From the NCBI GenBank assembly GCA_963817385.1, contig CAWFOM010000003.1, positions 67,399 to 131,398 of the forward strand: DNA of 64,000 nt. The letters are read 5' to 3'. Below the pieces are notes generated by a model. That model saw nothing but the letters and a program-made list of their open reading frames with translations. It ran no database searches and had not been told where the DNA came from. This stretch comes from an uncultured delta proteobacterium. Its GTDB lineage: Bacteria; Desulfobacterota; Syntrophia; Syntrophales; UBA5619. This document shows, piece after piece, positions 11,470 through 21,900 of this stretch. Each line of letters opens with the position of its first letter. Within the stretch, counting starts at the first letter, position 1. The position numbers were made by a program, and so were the translations under genes.

Positions 11470-11785
11470 ATGCCGCTGACAAGGGATTTTGAGGAGACGG
11501 TCATGGCACGGGGCAAGTCGGATCCGGCCTTCAGGGGCGAATTGATTGTTGAGGCGACCAATGCATTCCTGATGGACGACATGGGAAACGGGCAAGACGC
11601 TGCTGCGCGACTACCTGAACGCCACCGAATCCATCGCCGATATCGCCCGGGAACTGAAGGTCAACGAGAAGAGCCTGCGCCGCATGCTCGGTCCGAAAGG
11701 GAACCCGACCCTCAAGAATTTCCTCAGCCTTCTGAAGGTGTGCAGTTCGGCGGAGCGCCTTACGCTTCAGGTCTGTCACCATTGA
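11470..11785 (+). CDS. Addiction-module antidote-type HTH regulator, frameshift near ~11585
   Basis: MPLTRDFEETVMAR..DPAFR, then in another frame GKTLLRDYLNAT...KSLRRMLGPKGNPTLKNF to TGA 11783-11785. Confidence 0.75.
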
Positions 11786-11889
11786 TCTATAAAACGGAAC
11801 GTCTGGAGCAACTCAAATTCAACAGTCTGGCCAGTGATGCGGGGCGGCTATCTGAGTTAACGTAAATGATGCAATGAGGTCGAATTTGT

Positions 11890-12543
11890 ATGACTGAGAC
11901 TGGCCGTTACGACGTATCGGGTTTGATCGAGGCTCAGTATCAAAAGGGTTCCCGTGGACGCGTCCTTCGCAATCTACTGGGAATTTCCGGCAAACGGATG
12001 ATGGATGAGGCGGAGGCGAGGGAGCAGAAACGAGCGCTGAAGGAAATATTATCCGTTTACACTTTAGACCATCGTTTCAAAGCCGCGGATATCTGCAGGA
12101 TGCACAAGATATGGCTTGGTGTGATCTATCAATGGGCAGGGCGGTATCGGCAGGTCAATTTGTCCAAAGGGGCCTTCCCTTTTGCCGCGGCGGGAAGGAT
12201 TCCTGATTTAATGGACGGTTTCGAAAAGGGACCCTTACGGCGATTTACCCCTTGCCTGTTTGCGACGCGACCGGAAGTGGTTCACGCCCTCGCTGTCGTC
12301 CACACGGAACTGGTTCTCATTCATCCCTTCCGGGAAGGGAACGGTCGCGTGGCACGCATGTTGGCCATTGTGATGGCGGTGCAAGCCGGTTTGCCTCCCC
12401 TGGATTTCGGTCATCTGAAAGGGCGAAAAAAGCAGGAATACTTCCGGGCAGTGCAGGCGGGAATGAATTATGATTACGCTCCGATGGAGGAGATACTTAC
12501 CGGCGTGATCGAGAGGACGTTGAAGCGACGCAGCCAACCTTAG
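11890..12543 (+). CDS. fic: Fic family AMP transferase
   Basis: Canonical HPFREGNGRVAR motif; WAGRYRQVNLSKG flap. Confidence 0.92.
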   Translation: MTETGRYDVSGLIEAQYQKGSRGRVLRNLLGISGKRMMDEAEAREQKRALKEILSVYTLDHRFKAADICRMHKIWLGVIYQWAGRYRQVNLSKGAFPFAAAGRIPDLMDGFEKGPLRRFTPCLFATRPEVVHALAVVHTELVLIHPFREGNGRVARMLAIVMAVQAGLPPLDFGHLKGRKKQEYFRAVQAGMNYDYAPMEEILTGVIERTLKRRSQP

Positions 12544-12718
12544 CTTGCTTGGCTTGCACTGCAACACCGAGTGCGCGACAGGCAGCAGATCTGACGCCCT
12601 CGATGGCCGAGGAGGAGATAACAGAGCGGGTGAACCAGGCGTCGCATTCCGCGGGATCCTGCAGATAGGGATTGGTCTTGATCAATGATGCTGTCTTGCT
12701 TTTTTTCATTTTTTGCAT
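12497..12718 (-). CDS. Putative Fic antitoxin (alpha-inh motif), antisense to fic
   Basis: 73-aa ORF containing SSAIEG, which matches (S/T)xxxE(G/N); own promoter upstream. Confidence 0.7.
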   Translation of the reverse strand: MQKMKKSKTASLIKTNPYLQDPAECDAWFTRSVISSSAIEGVRSAACRALGVAVQAKQAKVGCVASTSSRSRR

Positions 12719-12724
12719 GGTTGC

Positions 12725-12753
12725 ATGTTAAACGAATTTCGTTAAATTGGCAA
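12725..12753 (-). promoter_or_regulatory. Promoter of antisense antitoxin with palindromic operator
   Basis: Minus strand TTGCCA-17 nt-TAACAT, ATG 6 nt later; AACGAA-n-TTCGTT palindrome in spacer. Confidence 0.6.
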
Positions 12754-12859
12754 GATCTTTTATAGTTCAAACAGGACGACCTTCCCCTTCTCCACACCAT
12801 TCTTCCACGGGGTGATGGACCCGTTTCTGGGAAAGGCGACCGGCGTCCCACCAGTGAGG

Positions 12860-13095
12860 GAAAAGGTGGCTGTATAAGTGGCGGAACAAGTGAGGGAATA
12901 AACCGCCTCTTGGAATCCGTTCGCAAAAATCGAGAGAGTTGTTGAAATCGCTGCTGCATTGAATATTCCCTCAAAAACCATCGAACACTGGATAAAGAAG
13001 TTGAGGGAGCAGGGAAGGATCGCTTTTATCGGACCCCGGAAGACTGGCGGGTATTTTCCTTCCGACCAATCCTCCAGCGTGACAAGGATGCAATG
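12860..13095 (+). pseudogene. Fragment of a C-terminal winged-HTH domain
   Basis: ISGGTSEGINRLLES / VVEIAAALNIPSKTIEHWIKKLREQGRIAFIGPRKTGGYF; no intact start, frame break. Confidence 0.55.
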
Positions 13096-13118
13096 ACCCA
13101 ACTGAAGAACAGATAGAC

Positions 13119-14444
13119 TTGTTTAAACATGTGCGAAAGTTGAGCATGAAAATGATGACAAAGGAAGAGACGTGGCAAAAGCTTTGCAAATACAAGCTTG
13201 AATTCGGTAAGATGCCAAAAGGAAACTGGTCTATTGGCGGTCTGGGAGCAGCCAATGAGCATGGAATGCGCGGTTTTGACCTTGAGGGTGCCGACTTCAG
13301 CGAATCCTATTTAGGCGCCGGTAATTTTAGTGGGGCAATTCTCATTAATGCTAACTTTAGCGGGACCGAACTTTACGAAGCCAAATTTTATAAAACCAAC
13401 CTTAGCGGAGCGAATCTTACCAGAACAAGACTGGATAGCGCCGACTTGTCCTTAGCTAATCTATCAGATGCCGATCTCTCAAATGCTTTTTTCTTATATG
13501 CCAACCTTAGTGCTGCAAATCTCAACGGTGCAAAGCTTCAAGAATCGATTCTTGAAGAAGTTAATCTAAATCGTGCGGATCTTTCACAGGCTGATATAAC
13601 GGGTTCTACGTTTTGGGGAGTTTCCACCGCAGGGTGGAAAATTGAAGGTATAAAGGCACGTCATGTTTATTTCTGTGAAAATTATAGAAAAGATAAGGAG
13701 AATTACAGAAGAGATTTTAAAGAAGGACAATTTGAGGCACTTTATAGATCTCTTCCAACAGTAGAAATGATCTTTGCAGAGGGTCTCAGTCCAATAGGTC
13801 TATTTACGCTTAATTTGTTGGTAGAAAGAATTAATAAGCAAAACCCAAATTTTGGCGTTAAAATGACCGATATCCATAAGAATGAATTCGGAACAAGAGT
13901 AGGTATAAAGATAAATAAAGATGACGACCTCAGTACCGTGGGACACATAATACAGGATATCATAGCACAAGTGGCATCAGAGATTTCATCTGAGACACTT
14001 ACCTCATATATGACAAAAATACTACCCAATAATTACGGTAAATTATCAAACAATATATCACAGAATCCGTTATCGCCAATTGTAGTCAACATAATGCAAC
14101 CCACATTTCAATTTATTAAAGCGGATGGCTCTACGCTCTCTGGATCAATCTCTCAATCAGGAGCAATGTTGAATTTTGAGAATGTCATTATCCGGAACTA
14201 TGGAAGCCATAGAGAAGAGGTTGATACGTTATTTGTTGCCCTCAAAAATTCTTTCGATGAGTATGATGTATCGGTGAGAAATATGCTAACAGAAAAGACC
14301 GATAGAATGATAGAATCTATAAAGAAAGGGAATAATATTAGTTATATTCAGAATGTATGGGAAGAAATCAAAGAAGGTATTAAGACCGGTGGAGCCGCAG
14401 CGACTTTAGCGACAACGATAGCCCGCTTACTTGGTCTATCGTAA
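13119..14444 (+). CDS. Pentapeptide-repeat protein with unknown C-terminal region (low GC); start may be ~13146
   Basis: Runs of A(D/N)LS/ANFS pentapeptides in the N-terminal third. Confidence 0.85.
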   Translation: MFKHVRKLSMKMMTKEETWQKLCKYKLEFGKMPKGNWSIGGLGAANEHGMRGFDLEGADFSESYLGAGNFSGAILINANFSGTELYEAKFYKTNLSGANLTRTRLDSADLSLANLSDADLSNAFFLYANLSAANLNGAKLQESILEEVNLNRADLSQADITGSTFWGVSTAGWKIEGIKARHVYFCENYRKDKENYRRDFKEGQFEALYRSLPTVEMIFAEGLSPIGLFTLNLLVERINKQNPNFGVKMTDIHKNEFGTRVGIKINKDDDLSTVGHIIQDIIAQVASEISSETLTSYMTKILPNNYGKLSNNISQNPLSPIVVNIMQPTFQFIKADGSTLSGSISQSGAMLNFENVIIRNYGSHREEVDTLFVALKNSFDEYDVSVRNMLTEKTDRMIESIKKGNNISYIQNVWEEIKEGIKTGGAAATLATTIARLLGLS

Positions 14445-14665
14445 TGTCTGATCTCATATCATAATATTTAGCTTCTTCTATAAAGCCAGTGTTTATAATT
14501 TGCGAATGTTTCTATCAGAAATGCATACCGTTTTTTTACTGCAACCTTCAATACTTGGTGAAGGCGAGTGTCATATGCTGTCAGTATTATCCCTTTTCAG
14601 AAGCCAGAAAGTACGCAAGAACCGGATGAACCCGAAAAATTGTCTTGAGCGCGAAGGGAGTTGAT

Positions 14666-15373
14666 TTGGCCGAACCGAAACCACCCATCGTAGAAATCAG
14701 GAACCTCTCCAAGTCCTATCACCGGGAAAGCCTCGCCGTCCCGGTCCTGCACGATATCACCTTCGACATCGCCGAAGGGGAATTCCTGGCGCTGATGGGA
14801 CCGTCCGGTTCCGGGAAAACGACCCTCCTGAACCTCCTGGCCGGGATCGACAAGGCGGACAGCGGGACGATCCGGGTGGGCGGTGTCGACATCACCGCCC
14901 TTTCGGAGACCGAGCTCGCCCATTGGCGCGCCAATAACGTCGGCTTCATCTTTCAGTTCTACAACCTCATCCCCGTGCTGAAGGCGGTCGAAAACGTCGA
15001 GCTGCCTCTCCACCTGACCGCGCTCTCCCGGCGGGAAAGGCGGGAGCACGCCGAAATGGCCCTGCGCATGGTGAGCCTGGAGCACCGGATGGATCATTAT
15101 CCCAAGGAGATGTCCGGAGGCGAACAGCAGCGGGTCGCCATCGCCCGCGCCATCGTCACCGATCCCACCATTCTGGTCGCCGATGAACCGACCGGGGATC
15201 TGGACCGCGTATCGGCCGAAGAGATCCTGACGATGATGGAGCGCCTGAACGCCGAGATGGGCAAGACCATCGTCATGGTCACCCATGACCCCCGGGCGGC
15301 CCAGCGGGCAAAGGTTCTGAGGATTTTGGACAAAGGATACCTGAACGATGCTCCAGCTCAAAATCCTCTTTAG
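14666..15373 (+). CDS. ABC transporter ATP-binding protein (LolD/MacB type)
   Basis: GPSGSGKTT, MSGGEQQRVAIARA, ILVADEPTGDLD, MVTHD; TTG start after AGGGAG. Confidence 0.95.
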   Translation: MAEPKPPIVEIRNLSKSYHRESLAVPVLHDITFDIAEGEFLALMGPSGSGKTTLLNLLAGIDKADSGTIRVGGVDITALSETELAHWRANNVGFIFQFYNLIPVLKAVENVELPLHLTALSRRERREHAEMALRMVSLEHRMDHYPKEMSGGEQQRVAIARAIVTDPTILVADEPTGDLDRVSAEEILTMMERLNAEMGKTIVMVTHDPRAAQRAKVLRILDKGYLNDAPAQNPL

Positions 15374-16507
15374 GAATGCCTTTCACAACAAGCTTCGCAG
15401 CGGGCTCACGATCCTGGGCATCACCGTGGCCGTTCTGGCCTTCGGCCTGCTTGCGGACGGTGATCGGCGCCTGGTACGCCGGCGTCGAGGCCGCTTCGGC
15501 GTCCCGCCTCGTCACGCGAAACGCGATCTCCATCATCTTCCCCCTCCCGATCGCCTACGCCGAAAAGATCCGGCAGATCGAGGGAGTGAAGCTCGTCTCC
15601 TGGGGCAACTGGTTCGGCGGCATCTACATCGATGAGAAGAATTTCTTTCCGAACTTCTGCGTGGAGCCGCGGACCTATATGGCCATCTACCCGGAATTCG
15701 TCCTCAGCCACCCGGAGAAGAAGGCCTTCCTTGCCGACCGGAAGGGCTTTGTCGCCGGCCGGAAGCTGGCGGCGAGGTACCACTGGAAGATCGGCGACCA
15801 GGTCACCCTCAAGGGAACGATCTACCCGGGAAACTGGGATTTCGTCCTGCGGGGCGTCTACCGGGGCCGGGATGAGACCATCGATGAGACGCAGTTTCTT
15901 TTCCACTGGGATTACCTCAATGAAACCATGAAACGGAGTCTCCCCCGGAAGGGCGGACCAGGTGGGTTTCTACATGATCGCCGTCGCCCGGCCGGATGTG
16001 GCGCCGGACGTGGCCCTGGCCATGGACAAGGCCTTCAAGAACTCCCTGGCCGAGACGCTCACGGAGACGGAGAAGGCCTTCAACCAGGGGTTCATCGCCA
16101 TGAGCGGGGCGATCGTTACGGCCATCCAGATGGTCTCCTTCGTCGTGATCCTCATCATCATGGCGGTCGTCGCCAACACCATGGCCATGACCACCCGGGA
16201 GCGGATCGGCGATTACGCGATCATGAAAACCCTGGGGTTCGGCGGCGGATCGATCGCGGTCATGATCTTCGGCGAATCCCTCGTGATCGCCCTGACCGGC
16301 TGCCTGACCGGGATGATCCTGACCTTTCCGGCGGCCAGGGCCTTCGGCCAAGCCCTTTCGACCTACTTCCCCATCTTTATCGTCTCGGCTGAGACGCTCT
16401 GGCTCGATCTCCTGGCCGCCTTCCTGATCGCCTTTTTCGCGGCGATCATCCCGGCCCGCCGTGCGGTCCGCGTCGGCATCGCCGAGGGATTGCGGAGGAT
16501 CGGATAA
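15348..16507 (+). CDS. ABC permease (FtsX/MacB family), two frameshifts (~15450, ~15950)
   Basis: RNAFHNKLRSGLTILGI N-terminus; ANTMAMTTRERIGDYAIMKTLGF. Confidence 0.88.
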
Positions 16508-17682
16508 TGGCCATTCCCCTCTCCTACAGCATGCGGAATCTCTGGAAGCGCAGGCTGACGACGATCCTGACGGTTTCCGGGATGGCGCTCGTCGTGTTCG
16601 TCTTCGCCGCCGTCCTGATGATGGCCGCAGGGCTTCAGAAGACGCTCGTGGAGACGGGCTCGGATGACAATGTGGTCGTCTTCCGCAAGGGATCGACATC
16701 GGAGGTGATGAGCGGCATCGAACGCGGACAGGCCTCGATCGTGGAGATGCTGCCCCAGGTGGCGATCGGCGGGGAGGGCCGCAGGCTCGTGGCCAAGGAG
16801 GTGGTGGTTCTGATCGCCCTTCCCAAGCGGGGCGCGGGGAAGGCTTCCAGCCATTCCAACGTCGTGGTCCGCGGCGTCCAGGAGGCGTCGATCCCGCTCA
16901 GGCCGCAGGTGAAGCTCGTCGCGGGGCGCATGTTCCGGATGGGATCGTCGGAGATCATCGTCGGCAACAGCATCGCCAAGGGGTTCGTGGGGGTCGGTCT
17001 TCAGGGAACCCTGAACTGGGGGATGCGGAAATGGACCGTGGTGGGCATCTTCGATGCGGGAAACACCGGCTTCAGTTCCGAGATCTGGGGGGACGTGGAC
17101 CAGGTGATGCAGGCCTTCCGCCGGCCCGTTTACTCATCGCTCATCTTCAAATTGAATAACCCGGCCGCGTTCCCGGCGGCCAAAACGGCCGTCGAGACGG
17201 ACCCGCGGCTCACGCTCGAGGCCAAGCGGGAGACGCGATACTATCTCGACCAGTCGGAGATGATGGCGAAGTTCCTGCGGATCCTCGGGCTGTCGCTGAC
17301 CGTCATCTTTTCGATCGGCGCGATCATCGGCGCCATGATCACCATGTATTCGGCGGTGGCCAACCGGATCGGGGAGATCGGAACGATGCGCGCGCTGGGC
17401 TTCCGCCGGCGGAGCATCCTGGCCGCATTTCTCGCGGAGTCGCTGCTTCTGGGCGCCATCGGCGGCTTGGTGGGGCTCTTCTTCGCCTCCTTCATGCAGT
17501 TCATCACCGTTTCCACCGTGAACTTTCAGACGTTTTCGGAATTGGCGTTCAAATTCACCCTCACCGGGCGCATCGTCCTGCAGGCCATGGCATTTTCACT
17601 CGTCATGGGCCTCATCGGCGGCATGCTGCCCGCGCTCCGCGCCTCCCGGATGAAGATTGTCGAAGCCCTGCGGGCGGCGTAG
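16507..17682 (+). CDS. ABC permease (FtsX/MacB family)
   Basis: RNLWKRRLTTILT; AVANRIGEIGTMRALGF; PALRASRMKIVEALR. Confidence 0.93.
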   Translation: MAIPLSYSMRNLWKRRLTTILTVSGMALVVFVFAAVLMMAAGLQKTLVETGSDDNVVVFRKGSTSEVMSGIERGQASIVEMLPQVAIGGEGRRLVAKEVVVLIALPKRGAGKASSHSNVVVRGVQEASIPLRPQVKLVAGRMFRMGSSEIIVGNSIAKGFVGVGLQGTLNWGMRKWTVVGIFDAGNTGFSSEIWGDVDQVMQAFRRPVYSSLIFKLNNPAAFPAAKTAVETDPRLTLEAKRETRYYLDQSEMMAKFLRILGLSLTVIFSIGAIIGAMITMYSAVANRIGEIGTMRALGFRRRSILAAFLAESLLLGAIGGLVGLFFASFMQFITVSTVNFQTFSELAFKFTLTGRIVLQAMAFSLVMGLIGGMLPALRASRMKIVEALRAA

Positions 17683-17751
17683 CGTGTGAACGATCCTCGA
17701 ACCCCCGCGCCCCGCACGACAGGCATTGATCCCTCTCCGGACACAATATCT

Positions 17752-17807
17752 CATGATAAATTACATGATAAATTGCCCTTGACACACAAACCGCCTTTCC
17801 GTATTCT
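17752..17807 (+). promoter_or_regulatory. Sigma70 promoter preceded by tandem 11-bp direct repeat
   Basis: CATGATAAATT twice (17752, 17764); TTGACA 17779-17 nt-TATTCT. Confidence 0.6.
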
Positions 17808-17896
17808 AAACGAGCGTAAAAGCAGGTTCTTATCAATTATTAGATTTTCGGGAACTGTTGTTCATCAAGCAGTCATGATTCGGGTGGGCACATAAC

Positions 17897-18124
17897 ATGG
17901 ATGTTCAGGCATCAAACTCTCACGTTCCAACCCTGTATCAGAGGCCCGTCACCGTATTGCAGGGGAGCATGCCGCGCGTCCCATCGTTTTATCCTGAGGA
18001 TATCGTCGATTGTGTCGAAATCCGGACAGGGCATTTTTTACCGACAAGCACCGCAGTCACGCACTATGTCTCGTCTGCCGGCTCCATCAAAGAAAAAGGG
18101 TCGTTGATCGATCTGTTTGTTTGA
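17897..18124 (+). CDS. Small hypothetical protein
   Basis: 75-aa ORF downstream of the promoter, ending KGSLIDLFV. Confidence 0.45.
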   Translation: MDVQASNSHVPTLYQRPVTVLQGSMPRVPSFYPEDIVDCVEIRTGHFLPTSTAVTHYVSSAGSIKEKGSLIDLFV

Positions 18125-18159
18125 ATGGGGACCGCCGTTTCATCATCAAGGAGAAGATC

Positions 18160-18900
18160 ATGAAAGGCATCATCATCGCGGCTTTTTGTCTGGCGGCGGG
18201 CGCTGCTTCCGCGGCGGAGATCAACGTGATCAGCGGAGGCGCGGTCGAGCCCGGCCTGGAGGCGTTCGCCCAACTTATCCGCCGCGATCTCGGCCACGAA
18301 CTCAGGATCCTGTACAACACGGCGCCGCAGATTGCCAAGCGACTCTCAGCGGGCGAAGTGTACGACATCCTGATCTCACCGCCGGCAACGATCGAACAGG
18401 CAGTCAAAGAGGGCAAGGTCATCGCGGACACCCGGGTGCCGCTGGGCCGCGTGGGCGCCGGGATCATCGTACGCACCGGGGCCGCCGCGCCTATCATCGC
18501 GACGGTCGATGCCCTGAAGCGGGCGCTCCTCGCCGCCGACTCGGTGGTCTACAACACGGCCTCGACCGGGATCTACCTCGACAAGCTTTTTGCAAAAATG
18601 GGCATCGCCGAGGCACTGAAGGCCAAAACGGCACGCTACCCGACCGGCGCGGCGGTCATGGAGCACGTGATCAAGGGCAAGGGCACCGAGATCGGTTTTG
18701 GCGCAATGACCGAGATCCGGCATTACGAGGCGAAAGGGCTCACGCTCGTCGGACCGCTGCCGGCGGAAATCCAGAACTACACAAGCTACGAGGCCGCGCT
18801 GATGACGGGAGCGACGGCAGCCGAGGCGGCGCGGGCCGTGTTGCGCCATCTGGCCACTCCGGCCGCCAAAGCCGCGTTCACGGCCGGCGGCGTCGAATAA
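18160..18900 (+). CDS. ModA-like periplasmic substrate-binding protein
   Basis: Signal peptide; DALKRALLAADSVVY; LVGPLPAEIQNYTSY. Confidence 0.8.
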   Translation: MKGIIIAAFCLAAGAASAAEINVISGGAVEPGLEAFAQLIRRDLGHELRILYNTAPQIAKRLSAGEVYDILISPPATIEQAVKEGKVIADTRVPLGRVGAGIIVRTGAAAPIIATVDALKRALLAADSVVYNTASTGIYLDKLFAKMGIAEALKAKTARYPTGAAVMEHVIKGKGTEIGFGAMTEIRHYEAKGLTLVGPLPAEIQNYTSYEAALMTGATAAEAARAVLRHLATPAAKAAFTAGGVE

Positions 18901-18945
18901 GTGCGGTGGAATAAAAACTGAATTCTACCGTACCGATGAGAAAAA

Positions 18946-21900
18946 ATGATCATTCCTAATTATGAAATCCTGGAGAAAATAGGCGCGGGCTATAAGGCCG
19001 ACGTTTATAAGGGCTATCACAAAAGAAATCCGGAGCGATTGCTGGTCATCAAGATTCTCAAAGCGGTCAGCCTTGCCGGACAGAAAAAATCCCAGATCAG
19101 ACAGAAAATCGAACACCTTCGGGTCTTGAACGACCCGATGGTGATTACGCCCCTCGCCTTTCACATGGATGAGGAGACCTGTTTTTTAACCCAGGACTGG
19201 TTCAACGGAATAACACTCGACAAACTGAGGGAATCACGGTCAGGCATTGCCTTACGTGATTTCTTTACCATTACCTGCGGGGTTGCCCGGGCCTTGGATA
19301 AAGTCCACGAGGCCGGGATCATCCATGGCGGCCTTAAACCGCACAATATCCTCATTGACCCCGGCACGCTCGAAGTCCGGCTGACTGATTTCATAAGCAC
19401 CATCGATGTGCGGGATGTCAGCCATTTTATTTATGATCCTTCGTTTATCAGGGAAACCCTGTCCTATACCTCCCCGGAACAGACCGGGCGCATCAACCAC
19501 CGGGTGGTTTTTTCTTCAGATATGTATTCTCTGGGCATCATGTTCTATGAGCTGCTGACCGGACGCCTGCCTTTTCACTCCGCGGACCCGCTGGAAGTTA
19601 TTCACTCCCACCTTGCCGAAGAAGCGCCTCACGTCCATGAGGTAAACCCCGGCATCCCGGCTATTCTCAGCAAAATCGTAGCCAAATTAATGCTGAAGGA
19701 GCCGGAGAAGCGCTATCAGAGCAGCTACGGGCTCCTGGCCGACCTCATCCGTTGCCGGGATGAATATGCGGCAGCCGGCACGATAGGCGAATTCCCGCTG
19801 GAGAGCTTTGTCAGCGCGCACCGGGTCACGTTCATCTCCAGGATGGTCGGCCGCGACAGGGAAGCCGAGGCGATCCTGGAAGAATACGAACAGGTCGCGG
19901 GGGGGCAATTCCGCGCAATGTTCATTTCCGGGCTGTCCGGCATCGGCAAGACCCGTCTGATCCAGGAGCTGCAAAAGCCGATTGTGAAACACCGGGGCTA
20001 TTTCACCTCGGGAAAATTCGACGTGTACCAGAAAAATATCCCGTACAGTTCCCTCATCCAGGCGCTGCGCACTCTCATACGGACCTTTTTAACGGAAAGC
20101 GACGAGCGGGTGGCGCTTTGGAAAAACAGGATTCTGGCAGCGATGGGTAAAAACGGGAAAGTCCTGACCGATGTTGTGCCGGAGCTGCAACTCCTGATCG
20201 GCCCGCAACCTGAGGTTCCAACACTCCCTCCCGTCGAATCTCTGAACCGGTTCCATGACGTCTTTGACCGGTTTCTCACGTGCCTGGCAAGCGAGGAGAA
20301 TCCCCTGACCTTATTCATAGACGACCTCCAATGGTGCGATGTCGCCTCCTTCGACTTCTTTACAAACATCTTCGCCAACTGCCGGGAACATCCCTACCTT
20401 TTCTTCCTGGGGGCGTACCGCCATAATGAAGTGGACTCAAGCCATCCCCTCTCCAAGCTCATCCGGAATGTCAGGAGTACGGGCCAGCCGCTGAAAGAAA
20501 TCAGGCTGGCGCCCTTAAAGCCTGAGTATTGCCAGGAAATGGTGTCCTACATTCTCGATTGTCCCCTTACGCACACCAGGATGCTCGGTGATTTCATCAC
20601 CACCCTGAGCGAAGGGAATCCTCTTTTTGTCAGTGAGAGCCTTTCCTATCTTCATAACGAGGATTTGCTTTTCCCGGACAAGGATGGACAATGGCGTTGG
20701 GATATGGATAAGATCAGGCTCTCCCGCATGCCGAACACGGTCGTTGCCCTTTTCAGCTCCAAGATTCGGAAGCTCCCGCCGGACCTGATCGAACTCCTCG
20801 AGTATTGCGCCTGCATGGGGAATACCTTTTCGCCTGCGGAGCTCTCCTCCATCAGGGAAATGACCCTTCGGGAGACCTTTGAGATGTTGAAACCCGCCCT
20901 CGGTCAGGGGCTGATGATGGAAAACAAGAGCCAGTTGCAGTTCATCCACGATAAAGTCCAGGAAGCAGCGCTGGCCGCCATACCGGCGGAAAAGCGGCGC
21001 CGGATTCACCGGCAGGTAGGCAGCCACCTCCTTGCCGCTGTTCCTGAGAGCATCGACAGGGAAAAACTTGAAAACCTCTTTACCATTGTTTCCCACCTTA
21101 ATCTTGGCAAGGAAGATAAGCCGGACAAACAGACAGCCTATCTCCTGTCCGACCTTAACTTCCATGCCGGCAACAAGGCCCTGGAATCGCTCGCCACGGA
21201 AGCGGCCAACGAGTATTTCAATCTCAGCCGGGAACTGCTGCCGGATACTTGCTGGGACAAAGATCGCTATGAGCGTTCTTTCCGGATATTCCAGAAAGTG
21301 GCCAAGACGGAGCTTATGTGCGGCAACTACGAACGTTCTGAAATACTGCTCAACCACCTGCTCGACCATGCCAGAGACGACATGGACAAGGCTGAATGTC
21401 TGGCGGAACAGACAACTTCGCTGTCCTCCATCGGCAATTTTATCAAGGCAATAGAAACCGCCAACCGGGGACTGGCCTATTTCGGCAAGGCCATCCCCAC
21501 CGATCCGCAGGAAGCCGACAGAAGAAGAGAGGCGTTGATGGCGGAAATCGACGCCAAGAACATTGATGTCTGGGACACCATCCTGAAGCATGCCCTTTAC
21601 GAAAGACCGGAAGAGTAAGATAGAGCTCGCCTTTTACAGTGAGCTTATTCCGGACCTCTATATGTCCGGCCTCGTGCCGCAGCTCTATCTCTCGGCGGCC
21701 CAGTCGACGGAGCACTGCCTGTCAGGAGGCATGGATGAGTCGGTGATCTATTCCTTCAGCATTATGGGGCTTCAGTTAGGCGAGCAGGAAAAGTTCGGAG
21801 AGGCTTTTGCCTACGAAGACCTGGCCCGCGACCTTTCGGCAAAATATCCGAATACATTCGGCGCCACGCGGGGCATGAACGGAATCGTCTGGTGCAACAT

